Below are positions 17,739-27,157 of a stretch of DNA of 64,000 nt, in pieces. The notes beneath the pieces were generated by a model. It made no database searches. It saw only the letters and a program-made list of their open reading frames with translations, and was not told the origin of the DNA. Origin of the DNA: Bacilli bacterium (GTDB taxonomy: Bacteria; Bacillota_I; Bacilli_A; RFN20; CAG-826); assembly GCA_017479485.1 (NCBI GenBank), contig JAFVCC010000114.1:1791-65790 (forward strand), written 5' to 3'. Position 1 is the first letter of the stretch. Each line of letters begins with the position of its first letter. The translations under genes were made by a program, and so were the position numbers.

Positions 17739-20700
17739 GCGGCCTCATTGGCCGTCTCTTTTTTCTTGCGGGCGCAAAGGATGAAACACGTCGCCCCATA
17801 GCCGGCGAAGGAAAGGATTCCAAGCGCCCATAAGGCCACGCCAAGCCCACCATAAGGTGTGCTATAGCGAAGTTCGTAATGAATGGTTTGTCCTTTCCCT
17901 TCTTCGTCGACGGAATAAGGGGCGACAAAACCAACGAGTCCGCCGCTAAGCTTGAGCATTTGGCACGCCTTTTGTTTGCCATCAGGCATTCTCGCCGTCG
18001 CCTGCCAGCCCGCATCATAGCCAAGCTGGGTGATGACGATACGATCTTCCGTGAAGGAGGTATCGAAGGCAAAGCGATTGACGTCGGTAACAACGTTTTG
18101 TAGGGCATTGGCCTTGCGCGTCGCTTCTTCCGCTTCGATTTGGCTTCGCTCGGTCACGGTGAGATACATGTTTTGGGAATTTAAGATGGCGCTGCCACTT
18201 CCGCCGAAGCAAAGCACGACGTATTTCGCAAGCCCTTCGGCATATAAGCCAAACGTGCAGGAACCCCAATAGTACTTCTCGCCATCTAGGGCGTTCGAAA
18301 GCAGGTGGTGATCAAAGCTAAGGACCGTGTTGGATTCGATAACATTTCCGTCTTTGTCGACTTTATCACCAATAACATACACTCGCGGGACGCCAACGCC
18401 TTTGGTGTCAGAGAGAAAACGCATTTGCAGATAGCAACCGCGCGGATCCGTGTTGAGGTATTCACCCGTCGAGGAAGAGAAGGCCAATTTGCCATAATCC
18501 CGTTCCACGGTGATTGAGCCAACCACGTTCTCGTTCTTTTCGACGTAATGATTCAAAAAGTAGCCCGCCCCTTCGTCATAATAATCGGCGCGACCATCCG
18601 CGAAAAGCTGGTCGTACCATAGTTTGGTCTTACCGCTCTCGTCAGGATCCGTTTTGCTGCGGGTAAGATAATAATCCGCCCTAAGGCCGTGATTGAGGTA
18701 GCGGCGAGCTTTTTCCGTAAGAGAATAAAGCGTCGCATCATTAATCACCTGCGGAGTGGTCTCTTGCACGTGAATGGATTCGGGCAAAGTAACATCGTCA
18801 GGGATGATCGCGCCATGGAGTTCGGTATATTCCGCGAAGCTCAGTTGGTTATAAGAAGCCACACCAGAATAATTGCCGAAGAACTTGGAAGCATAGTTGG
18901 ACTCTTCATCGCGCCCTAAGCGGTAGATGAAGTCGGAGTCTTTCTCTACGGCAAAACCAAGGGAAGGCAAGGAATCTTCGCCCCTACGATAGACGCGATA
19001 ATAGTCGCGATTGGTAGATAACTTTGGGAGCTCTTTGCAGCCAAACGGAACATTGGCAGGAAGGAAAACAGGGGACCCATCAGCTTGTTTCCAATTAAAA
19101 TAGTTGTTTTCGACCACGTAATAACGCATGCCTAGAAGGGTGTCTGTCGCATAACGCTTATGCTTGTACAGTCCCGACCAGCTGGGATTATAGAATTTTG
19201 TCTCGTCATAGGTCGTCCCCGACCCGCCGACGTTCTTGATTTGATGCATTAACGCAAAGTCTTCCACGTCGAAGTTCATCAAGGAATGGAACTGGGAGGC
19301 GGCATTAAGGCCATACACGTTATGCGCGTAATTCTTCCCCCGCGCGCTATCCATGTAAGCACGGTAGAAAGACTTATCCTGCCGCTTGATGTTCTCCGCG
19401 ATTACCAAGGAGGTATCTCTCGTCCCTTGGCCTCCCAAAAAAGAATATTCATAAGACCAAAGACCGTTGAAAACGTAGGCGAGGTTACCCATGACCACCG
19501 CTTCTGCCGCGACGAGACCAAATAACGCGTATTTTGCCCAAGCTTTGCGATGCCCGATGCAAAGGATGACACCCTCGGTCACTACGAAGACGAGCTGATA
19601 ATAGAAATACCAGGCCGTGGAAACGTTGTTATAAACTTCCGAGGCCGTATGATAAGTGCTCTGCCAATAGGTTGTCCCGTTAACGTTATAGGCTGAGCTC
19701 GTAAATTCTTTGCCATGGAGAACATGTTCAGTGAAATAGAACGTAAAGATAGTGAGCCCTAGTGCAATAACGCTCGCGGCAAAGGGCACGAATTTTGGTT
19801 CGCTCGTGCGCTGATCAAATGCCCAGCAGCAGTAATAGACAATCAACGGGATAAGCAACAGGTACCAACGGCCATATCCGTTTCCGGTAAAGGCAAAGAA
19901 GAAGAAATAGGAGAAGTTGGTAAACACGGCGAAGAAGCAAAGCAGCACCGCGAAAAGGTGGGACCACCTTTGCAGGCGGATCGAGTTGATTAATGCAGCG
20001 AAGAACAAAATAACGCAGGGCGTATAGCAAAATAGCGACGCCGTCCACGCATCGTAGCCATTGCTCCGCGCCAAAGGCAGCTGCGTCCAACCTCCCGTAG
20101 GGAAGAAGAACGAGATTAGGCCCATCAGTTCGCGGCCGGGATTGTCTCCCACCTCTTCAAAGACCAGGGTAAAAGCACGCTTGGCATCGAGATTCTTAAT
20201 CGCTTCCTTAATCGCGCCGAAATAAGCCGAACCAATCGATGAGGAGCGGCCCGATAATAACGTTTCGCGGATGGAGGGCAGCAAGCTAAACGCCGAGACC
20301 ATAAGGCCGATGGCAAACCCAGCCACGCCAAGCACCATTACGGTGATGTTTTGTTTCGCATCGCGCGTTTTGACCGTGAGGAAGAAGCGCCACAAAGCAT
20401 AGATGACGCCGAAGATGCAGATTACCGGAACGAAGAAGAAGCAAGATAAGCCCAGTAACCCAACGCCAAGGGGGAGCAAGTCCATCTTCTGCTTCTGGAT
20501 GATCCGTTCAATACCCCACAGAATCAGCGGGAATACCGCCATAGGACTAAGGAAGACGGGGAAGCCTTCGAAGAACGTCGTAAATCCCGAGAAGGCAAAG
20601 ATTAAGCCGCCGATTCGCGCGGTCCATTCGCGGATACCCATAAAGCGCAGGTAGCCGCGCATCATCAACGCGCCAAAAGATAGTTTAGCGAAGGTTACCA

Positions 20701-21112
20701 AAGCATAGGTTTGGGGGATCCAAGCCCGGGGCAATAAATAACAGGCAAACATAAAGGGGTCGAGCAGGCCATAGTAAGAACCCGATCCGATCATGTCCGT
20801 ACCGATAAACGTCCCTGCGTCATAAAGCGGGAAGTGGCCCGTGGTAAAAAACGTATTCCACGCATCCCAATACGTATAGGCGAAGGGGATATACTGCCAG
20901 GTATAGTCCCAGTTGAGCAATTGGGTTCCCGAGTTGGTGAAGAACGGGAAACCCGCCCATAGCAAAGCGAGAATAAACAGGAAAAGCCCATAATAAAACA
21001 AGCTATTCCAGTGCGTAAGCCACGGCAGATTTCGTGAAAACCAATTGGGTTTTGCAGACTTTTTCTGACGAACTTCGCTTAATGTAAGGTTTTTTTCGCC
21101 TTCTAAGGCCAC
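17735..21112 (-). CDS. YfhO-family polytopic membrane protein (putative GT-C-type glycosyltransferase), oversized at 1125 aa
   Basis: The N-terminal half has many TM segments and YfhO-like sequence (WQYIPFAYTYW, GSGSYYGLLDPFMF). A soluble region of over 500 aa follows, and the protein ends in a C-terminal TM anchor. GTG start 3 nt after the upstream stop, with AAGGGA as RBS. Confidence 0.6.
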   Translation of the reverse strand: MALEGEKNLTLSEVRQKKSAKPNWFSRNLPWLTHWNSLFYYGLFLFILALLWAGFPFFTNSGTQLLNWDYTWQYIPFAYTYWDAWNTFFTTGHFPLYDAGTFIGTDMIGSGSYYGLLDPFMFACYLLPRAWIPQTYALVTFAKLSFGALMMRGYLRFMGIREWTARIGGLIFAFSGFTTFFEGFPVFLSPMAVFPLILWGIERIIQKQKMDLLPLGVGLLGLSCFFFVPVICIFGVIYALWRFFLTVKTRDAKQNITVMVLGVAGFAIGLMVSAFSLLPSIRETLLSGRSSSIGSAYFGAIKEAIKNLDAKRAFTLVFEEVGDNPGRELMGLISFFFPTGGWTQLPLARSNGYDAWTASLFCYTPCVILFFAALINSIRLQRWSHLFAVLLCFFAVFTNFSYFFFFAFTGNGYGRWYLLLIPLIVYYCCWAFDQRTSEPKFVPFAASVIALGLTIFTFYFTEHVLHGKEFTSSAYNVNGTTYWQSTYHTASEVYNNVSTAWYFYYQLVFVVTEGVILCIGHRKAWAKYALFGLVAAEAVVMGNLAYVFNGLWSYEYSFLGGQGTRDTSLVIAENIKRQDKSFYRAYMDSARGKNYAHNVYGLNAASQFHSLMNFDVEDFALMHQIKNVGGSGTTYDETKFYNPSWSGLYKHKRYATDTLLGMRYYVVENNYFNWKQADGSPVFLPANVPFGCKELPKLSTNRDYYRVYRRGEDSLPSLGFAVEKDSDFIYRLGRDEESNYASKFFGNYSGVASYNQLSFAEYTELHGAIIPDDVTLPESIHVQETTPQVINDATLYSLTEKARRYLNHGLRADYYLTRSKTDPDESGKTKLWYDQLFADGRADYYDEGAGYFLNHYVEKNENVVGSITVERDYGKLAFSSSTGEYLNTDPRGCYLQMRFLSDTKGVGVPRVYVIGDKVDKDGNVIESNTVLSFDHHLLSNALDGEKYYWGSCTFGLYAEGLAKYVVLCFGGSGSAILNSQNMYLTVTERSQIEAEEATRKANALQNVVTDVNRFAFDTSFTEDRIVITQLGYDAGWQATARMPDGKQKACQMLKLSGGLVGFVAPYSVDEEGKGQTIHYELRYSTPYGGLGVALWALGILSFAGYGATCFILCARKKKETANEAA

Positions 21113-21115
21113 GTG

Positions 21116-21457
21116 TTATTTCCCTTCTTTCGGCGCAGCGGCATCACGTAGTTCGCCAATGCCCACTACGTCAGCAACAGGTAAGGAAAACGCAATGCCT
21201 AAGCCCTTGGTCGACATGCCGGCAGCCTCGTTCACGTACTCGAGGACTTTGTCGCGGATCGGCTTAGGGACCAAAATCATGACGATGTCTTTTTCGGGAG
21301 TCACCGTGACGCCAAAGAATTCTTCATTGTCGTGATTACCCGTGCCGCGGCCCGAGAAAATCGTGCCGCCAGTAGCACCTGCGCGCTTGGCCGCGCTCAT
21401 GACGAGGTCGGAATAGCCGTGGTTAACGACGCAAAGGACACATTCGAAGTTATTCAT
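21116..21457 (-). CDS. PII-like (GlnB-fold) small signalling protein, copy 2 (113 aa from ATG 21457)
   Basis: MNNFECVLCVVNHGYSDLVMSAAKRAGATGGTIFSGRGTGNHD...IVMILVPK...KGLGIAFSLPVADVVGI shows a beta-alpha-beta-beta-alpha-beta pattern with T-loop-like and B-loop-like segments. The start overlaps the upstream stop by 8 nt. The track's start at 21502 is probably an over-extension. Confidence 0.55.
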   Translation of the reverse strand: MNNFECVLCVVNHGYSDLVMSAAKRAGATGGTIFSGRGTGNHDNEEFFGVTVTPEKDIVMILVPKPIRDKVLEYVNEAAGMSTKGLGIAFSLPVADVVGIGELRDAAAPKEGK

Positions 21458-21863
21458 CTTTCTTCTTTCCTTTCTTCCCCGCCGGGGCAATAGGTTTTTC
21501 AAATAAGCGCGTATTGGAGAGCATCTTATAGATGGAGACGCCCGCCACTGCGTCTAGAGGCGTCGAGAAGGCGATCCCTTTGGCAACCTTAGACACATTG
21601 AAGCGTTGCGAGAGTTTCATTTTATAGGCGGGCCAGCGGTCGGCACGCAAGATGGAGAAAACGATCTCTTTCTTGACGGAATTCACGATTTCTACCGGTG
21701 CCGTTCCTTTGCCGCGAAGGACAAGGCATAAAGAGCATTCCTGTTCGCGGTTTAAATTCACAATCGCGTCGGATTGGCCCTCGCCGACAATCGTCGTCAC
21801 GAATAACAACGGGCGCAGACGGTGGGTTTCTTCGTAGGGGACAAAGTTTTTATTCTCGCTCAT
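21450..21863 (-). CDS. PII-like (GlnB-fold) small protein, copy 1 (137 aa) with a Lys-rich C-terminal tail
   Basis: LLFVTTIVGEGQSDAIVNLNREQECSLCLVLRGKGTAP...EIVFSILRAD...AKGIAFSTPLDAVAGV has the same fold pattern and shares the KG(L)GIAFSxP motif with copy 2. 4-nt overlap with the DUF1538 gene. Confidence 0.5.
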   Translation of the reverse strand: MSENKNFVPYEETHRLRPLLFVTTIVGEGQSDAIVNLNREQECSLCLVLRGKGTAPVEIVNSVKKEIVFSILRADRWPAYKMKLSQRFNVSKVAKGIAFSTPLDAVAGVSIYKMLSNTRLFEKPIAPAGKKGKKKDE

Positions 21864-23458
21864 AAGCCCTCCTCCATGAATTGCGTGACGTCAAAATGAA
21901 TAATCTGTTCGTCGTTTTCCTCGATGATACGCTTGCGGGCATGAGCCAACGCGATCTGCGACTGAACCTTGGATTGGAAGCCGAGGGCCTGCACCACAAT
22001 AATCGGCATCATTGCGACAACGGCAACGAGGCCAAATCCAAAAGAATAGACGTCGATGCCGCAGGTCGAGGCGAAGCCGATACAAAAGGGCAAAACAAAC
22101 GTAGAAGTCATCGGACCAGAGGCAACGCCGCCCGAGTCGAATGCCATTGCGGTATAGATTTTCGGCACCGCAAAGGAAAGGATAAAGGCCAGGATATAGC
22201 CGGGGATAATGTAATATTCCAGCCCGAACTGGAAGTGACAGCGGAGCACAGAAAGGGCTACGGCAACGCCGTTAGCGGCTGCCAAAACCGTCAAAACCAA
22301 GCCTTTTTTGATGCGGCCATCCGAAACTTGTTCCATTTGGGAGACCAATACATGAACCGCAGGCTCAGCCAGCACGCCAAAGATGCCGAATAAGGCACCG
22401 ATGCCAATGGCCACATAATGCATGGCTTCGGATGACCCAAACATGTGACCGACGGTTTGGGCAATGGGTAAGAAGCCCCATTCGACCGCAGAGAGGAACA
22501 GAACCAAGCCGACATAAGTGATGACCATGCCAATGATGATGCGTACAAGTTTCATTCCAGGGACGCGGATGAAGATCAATTCATAGACAATGAAGAAAAG
22601 CAAAATGGGGCCAACAGACAATGCGACCGACTGCATCGAGGAAGTGCTATCGTGGAGCAAAGACTCCCAAATATTGGAGAGCGATGCGTCCTCAATGGGA
22701 TATTCCGCCGGAAGGCCTCTTCCAGTGCCTTTTAAAACAAGCGAAATAATGACGACGGCCAAGATGGGGCCAATGGAACAAAGGGCCGTCAAGCCGAAAG
22801 AATCTTCAGAGTTTTTACCACCGCGGTTAGCCGCCATACCAAGGCCAAAGCCAAGCAAGAACGGGACGGTAACGGGGCCGGTAGTGACGCCGCCAGAATC
22901 GAAGCAGATGGGCAAAAAGCGAGGGTCGATGAAGTAAAGAAGCGCAAAGCAAAGACCATAAAAGGCGAGGAACATCATGTTCAAACTTTGATGCAGCGTC
23001 GTACGGATGACGCCGACGACAAGGAATAGCCCCACCCCAACGCCAATCGACCACACAATGATCTGCGAGTTGATACCAACTTGGCGCGAAAGGACGCTTA
23101 AATCAGGCTCCGCAATCGTTACGAGAACGCCGATGATAAACGTCATGGCAATGACGAAGAAGAACTTATTCTTTCGCACCAGAGATCCACCGATAATACG
23201 GCCGATTTCGGTCATGGATTGCTCGGTACCGAGATTGAATAACGCCATGCCGACAACAATCATCGCCACAGCAACGGCGAACGAAACCATTTGATCGTTA
23301 GAAAGGAAATAAGCTTGGCCTGAGGCATCCGTGAAGAAGTCCATCGGAAGAGCAAAACGAGTGACGAGGAAGATAATTAAAATAACGACGGCAATCGGGG
23401 CCGTGGAAATCAGGGATTCGGTGAATTTGGCAAGCCATTCTTTCCCAGAAGGGATCAT
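21860..23458 (-). CDS. DUF1538-type integral membrane protein, internally duplicated (two homologous halves in one 532-aa chain); putative transporter
   Basis: Each half carries an AEP(D/A)xxVL motif (IAEPDLSVLSRQV / LAEPAVHVLVSQM) and an FDSGGV(T/A)(T/S)GP(V/M)T motif (CFDSGGVTTGPVTVPF / AFDSGGVASGPMTSTF). Highly hydrophobic throughout. The family name is from memory of Pfam DUF1538. Confidence 0.6.
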   Translation of the reverse strand: MIPSGKEWLAKFTESLISTAPIAVVILIIFLVTRFALPMDFFTDASGQAYFLSNDQMVSFAVAVAMIVVGMALFNLGTEQSMTEIGRIIGGSLVRKNKFFFVIAMTFIIGVLVTIAEPDLSVLSRQVGINSQIIVWSIGVGVGLFLVVGVIRTTLHQSLNMMFLAFYGLCFALLYFIDPRFLPICFDSGGVTTGPVTVPFLLGFGLGMAANRGGKNSEDSFGLTALCSIGPILAVVIISLVLKGTGRGLPAEYPIEDASLSNIWESLLHDSTSSMQSVALSVGPILLFFIVYELIFIRVPGMKLVRIIIGMVITYVGLVLFLSAVEWGFLPIAQTVGHMFGSSEAMHYVAIGIGALFGIFGVLAEPAVHVLVSQMEQVSDGRIKKGLVLTVLAAANGVAVALSVLRCHFQFGLEYYIIPGYILAFILSFAVPKIYTAMAFDSGGVASGPMTSTFVLPFCIGFASTCGIDVYSFGFGLVAVVAMMPIIVVQALGFQSKVQSQIALAHARKRIIEENDEQIIHFDVTQFMEEGL

Positions 23459-24513
23459 TTTCTTCCTCCTTTCTTTGGTACACGCGTTTTGGCGCGAGGC
23501 TTCGTAAGTTTAGCGCCATCTGCTTCATCGCGCATGTTCCTGCGCGGTTTGCGCGCAGTTTCGGCCTCCTCGGCGCGGCGCTGGGCGTGCGTGACAAAGA
23601 AGAGAGATTTGAAGCATTCGGGCATCGGCGTGACAAAGTCATACCGCTTGCCGGAAATGGGGTTTGTGAAAGTCAGCTGATAGGCATGGAGGCCTAGGCG
23701 CTTTAACGGGTCGGCGGGTTCGCCGTATTTATCGTCGCCGATCACGTGGTGACCGCGGGATCCTAGTTGGACGCGGATCTGGTTCTTACGCCCGGAGGAA
23801 ATATGGACATCCAGCAACGAATAAGGCTCTTTATAGGAGATGACCTTATAGGCCGTCGTGGACAGTTTCCCCTCTTTTTTATTTTTGGTGACAAAAACCA
23901 AATGAAGGTCGTTTTGCATCAAATAATCCTGCAAAACCGCCTCATCTTTTTCCATTTTTCCTTCTACGATGGCGTAATAGGCGCGGGTTTCCACGATTTC
24001 TTGCCAGTGATTTTGTAACGCCTCACGGACCTCGAATTTCTTGGCGAAGACCAAAACGCCAGAGGTATCTTCGTCAAGACGGTGGACGACATATACGCGT
24101 GCTTTGGGATTCATCGCAGCAACATAATCGGAAACGAGGCGATAGGCAGTGCGTCCCTTCTCTCGCTCCGTCGCGACCGAAAGAAGGCCCGAGGGCTTGT
24201 TGATGACGATGATGTCTTCGTCTTCATAGATGATGGGCAAATCTTTGCGTTCGTGCTTGGCGATACGGTTCTTCGATACGGTTACCACATCTTCGGGAAC
24301 CAGCGGGTAATTGTATTGCGAGACCGGCACCCCGCCGACGGCCACTTGGTGGTGCGTCAAAAGAGACTTGATGGTCTTTCGCGGCGTATCGGGCATCTTA
24401 AAGATTAGAAATTCCATCAACGTCGTTTCGCGATATACCTGAAACTCCTTGATGGAGCGAGGGTCGACGTGTCCCTTATTAGGGGCGGTGCGTTTTTTGT
24501 CGTTTTTATTCAT
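23455..24513 (-). CDS. RluA-family pseudouridine synthase with an S4-like N-terminal domain and a Lys/Arg-rich C-terminal tail
   Basis: Catalytic motif HRLDEDTSGVLVFAK and GRKNQIRVQL. 352 aa. Overlaps both neighbouring genes (8 nt and 4 nt). Confidence 0.85.
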   Translation of the reverse strand: MNKNDKKRTAPNKGHVDPRSIKEFQVYRETTLMEFLIFKMPDTPRKTIKSLLTHHQVAVGGVPVSQYNYPLVPEDVVTVSKNRIAKHERKDLPIIYEDEDIIVINKPSGLLSVATEREKGRTAYRLVSDYVAAMNPKARVYVVHRLDEDTSGVLVFAKKFEVREALQNHWQEIVETRAYYAIVEGKMEKDEAVLQDYLMQNDLHLVFVTKNKKEGKLSTTAYKVISYKEPYSLLDVHISSGRKNQIRVQLGSRGHHVIGDDKYGEPADPLKRLGLHAYQLTFTNPISGKRYDFVTPMPECFKSLFFVTHAQRRAEEAETARKPRRNMRDEADGAKLTKPRAKTRVPKKGGRK

Positions 24514-25390
24514 GATTAGCCCCCAAAAACTTCAGCATGGCGGGCAGCTCCCGTTCCATGATTTTGCGGCCTTGGTCATATAAGGCGAGCAATTTATCGG
24601 TGTCTTTTTCAATGCGGCCTACTTCCGGTTTGACGTCAGGTCGAACAATAAAGGCCTCGCCCGACTCAAACAAGCGCTCCATCTCATCCATGTCGGCGTT
24701 ATATTGGTCGTTCATTTTGTAATAGGCCTCGTGGAATTTCTTGCAGCGGTGGTAAAGCATCTTGGCGAAGATTCGCTTCCCTTTTCCCGTCGGCGTTTTC
24801 TTGCGGAACCCCTTCTCGCGAGTCTGCACGATGACGATTTTCGTAAAGCCGTCTTCGAGTGGCTTTTGGAATGGCGTCGCACAGGTGACGCCGCCATCGA
24901 GGTAACGTTTTCCTTCCACCCGAACCGGGCGGGAGATGATGGGCAACGAGGCCGAAGAAGCCAAGGCTTTATAGAATTCTTTGCACTCGCCTTTTTTGAA
25001 ATAGTGCGTTTGCCCGTCTTCTAAACCAACCGAAGCGGCAACGAGCTCCACGGGAGAGCTGTTATATTGGCCTTGGTTAAAAGGCTGCTTGGTTTTTGGA
25101 ACGGTATGGAAAAGATAGGTGAAATTAAAAGCCGTCCCGCGGAAAAAGATGTTCCGTATCGAAACAAACTTGGGGTCATGCATGAGTTCCGTCGTAACAT
25201 AACGGCTCCGTCCAATATCTCCAGAGAGGTAATTCACAGCGTTCAGCGCCCCGGCGGAGGTGCCGATGACATAAGGGAAAACCACTTGATGCTCCATGAG
25301 AACATCAAGGACTCCGGCGGTAAATGCGCCACGAGATCCTCCCCCTTGAAGTACGAGGGCTGCTTTTTCGGAAACAAAGGATTCGCTCAT
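24506..25390 (-). CDS. Patatin-like phospholipase
   Basis: GGGSRGAF oxyanion motif, GTSAGA nucleophile motif and a downstream DGG. 294 aa. Confidence 0.85.
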   Translation of the reverse strand: MSESFVSEKAALVLQGGGSRGAFTAGVLDVLMEHQVVFPYVIGTSAGALNAVNYLSGDIGRSRYVTTELMHDPKFVSIRNIFFRGTAFNFTYLFHTVPKTKQPFNQGQYNSSPVELVAASVGLEDGQTHYFKKGECKEFYKALASSASLPIISRPVRVEGKRYLDGGVTCATPFQKPLEDGFTKIVIVQTREKGFRKKTPTGKGKRIFAKMLYHRCKKFHEAYYKMNDQYNADMDEMERLFESGEAFIVRPDVKPEVGRIEKDTDKLLALYDQGRKIMERELPAMLKFLGANHE

Positions 25391-25466
25391 TACTTTGTAA
25401 TGGTATCTTTACCGAGTGAAAACCTCAAAGACTTTCCGCTTAAAGCGGATTTTTCTAAGGATGTGT

Positions 25467-26372
25467 CTAGTTATTCGAATGCTTTTGGAAGAAAGAAATG
25501 ATGGCCTCGTTGACCCGAACGGAATCGCTTAGACCAATGTCCGTAACGTTATGAACGTGGCCCACTTTCTGCGACTTGTTGTCCACAAAGACAAATTCCA
25601 GAGGCTTTCCATCCTTTTCCCAATCTTCTTTGATGCTGCGGCTCTCTTCGATCAGGAAGTCATTTCTGCAGGTCGAAACAAACAGAGGTTGGGTGAGAGC
25701 GGAACGATGAACGCGCGGGTCTATGAGGGCCACTTTTGCCTCATCCTGGTAAATGGAACCGAACATGACCGCCTTAGCTTTGTCGTTCATAAGCGGAGTA
25801 TGAACGGAGCGATGAAAGTCATAAACGGGGCAGATTGCAGCGATGGAAGAAAACGAAATTCCATTCAAATGAACGCCGATTTGCGAGGAAATTTCCAAAT
25901 TTTGCGCACATTCTGCTAAAAATAAGGCAAAGTGTCCGCCTGCCGAATCACCCGTTAAATGGAAGCGAGAAGAGTCCAAGCCAAGTTCCTCCGCATGGCT
26001 TTGTAGATAGGCTAGTTCTGCGGCGAGGGTTTGGATTTGACTGATGCAGTCACGCGATCCATCGTTGGGTTCGTAATCGAGCAAGACGACGTCGAAGCCT
26101 CGGTCTAAGAAAACCGAAGCGAAGCCAAAATTGTTTTTACGGTCGCCATAGATATAGGCTCCGCCATGGATATCGATGACGACGTTACCGTTTCTCTTGC
26201 TCTCATCCGCATAGAAAACGTCGAACTGATGAAAGAAGTTCTGATCGCCAAGCGCGTCGATGTCGAGCTGATGACGGTAGGCATCGATGCTCGGCCACGT
26301 TTTTCTTCGCTTATGGTCCGCTTTCCCCATCCATTTCACGATGAGCTTCATCGTTGTGGTGCCGATTTTCAT
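25467..26372 (-). CDS. Alpha/beta-hydrolase esterase/lipase (hormone-sensitive-lipase-like family IV)
   Basis: HGGAYIYGD (HGG box) and GDSAGG nucleophile motif. 301 aa. ATGA overlap with the upstream HAD gene. Confidence 0.75.
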   Translation of the reverse strand: MKIGTTTMKLIVKWMGKADHKRRKTWPSIDAYRHQLDIDALGDQNFFHQFDVFYADESKRNGNVVIDIHGGAYIYGDRKNNFGFASVFLDRGFDVVLLDYEPNDGSRDCISQIQTLAAELAYLQSHAEELGLDSSRFHLTGDSAGGHFALFLAECAQNLEISSQIGVHLNGISFSSIAAICPVYDFHRSVHTPLMNDKAKAVMFGSIYQDEAKVALIDPRVHRSALTQPLFVSTCRNDFLIEESRSIKEDWEKDGKPLEFVFVDNKSQKVGHVHNVTDIGLSDSVRVNEAIISFFQKHSNN

Positions 26373-27157
26373 GGAAGCACCTCATAATGGCAAAGCGCTT
26401 GGTAAAGTCCGTCGTCTCCGATGCGCGGGCAAACGTAGTCCGCCTCTTCCTTGGCTTTGTCATGACCGTTACCCATGCAGACGAAGGTGGAGGCCTCGCC
26501 CATGGTGATGTCTTGTAGGTCGTCGCCGAAAGAGAGAACCTCATCCCTCTTCCAACCAAATTCTTTCATGATGATGGAGATACCGTCGCCCTTCTTATGC
26601 TCCTCCTGAGCAATATCCACGCCATAGGGATGAAACCGGTAATAGATGAGGTCGGGAAGGACTTGTTTGAATTGCTCGTCGAACTCCTCGGGGCAAAAGA
26701 GCAATACCCCCGTCACCTTCTCGCCGCGATAAGGGTGAATCGGCGGGACGACATCAGAGTAGGTCCCATGGTAGTTATCCAAGAAGGTATTTCCAGGGGC
26801 GGTAAGGAAGCGCGTTTTCGCCGTGACGAACTCCATCGTCAAATGATTCTTCTTGGCGATATGGGTCAAGGTGAGCAAAGTTTGGTGCTCGATGGTCAGT
26901 AGGCGAAGCGTACGATTGCCGAGGGCGACATAGCCGCCACAATTGGCGACGATGCCATTCCATTTGATGCCGAGATCGAGCACGCCAAAGTCTTTAATAG
27001 ACCCATAGGGACGGGCGGTGCAAAGAAATACTTTGATACCCTTACGCTGAAGAGATTTGATGGCCTTGATTCCGGAGGGAACAAAACGTCGCGCCTCCCA
27101 ATCGTAAAGCGTGTTATCGATGTCAAAGAAGGCGGCTTTAATCACGGTTCCCTCCAT
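26369..27157 (-). CDS. Cof-type HAD-IIB family hydrolase (sugar-phosphate phosphatase-like)
   Basis: FFDIDNTLYDW (DxD motif), CTARPY and FGDDLQDITM. The start could be GTG 27145, which has GGAGGG upstream. Confidence 0.8.
   Translation of the reverse strand: MEGTVIKAAFFDIDNTLYDWEARRFVPSGIKAIKSLQRKGIKVFLCTARPYGSIKDFGVLDLGIKWNGIVANCGGYVALGNRTLRLLTIEHQTLLTLTHIAKKNHLTMEFVTAKTRFLTAPGNTFLDNYHGTYSDVVPPIHPYRGEKVTGVLLFCPEEFDEQFKQVLPDLIYYRFHPYGVDIAQEEHKKGDGISIIMKEFGWKRDEVLSFGDDLQDITMGEASTFVCMGNGHDKAKEEADYVCPRIGDDGLYQALCHYEVLP

Noticed and set aside
24506-25390. The patatin-like phospholipase as a CBASS (CapV-type) defence effector.
   Set aside because: No cGAS/DncV-like nucleotidyltransferase, E1/E2/JAB or other CBASS component lies nearby. 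Its neighbours are a pseudouridine synthase and general hydrolases.
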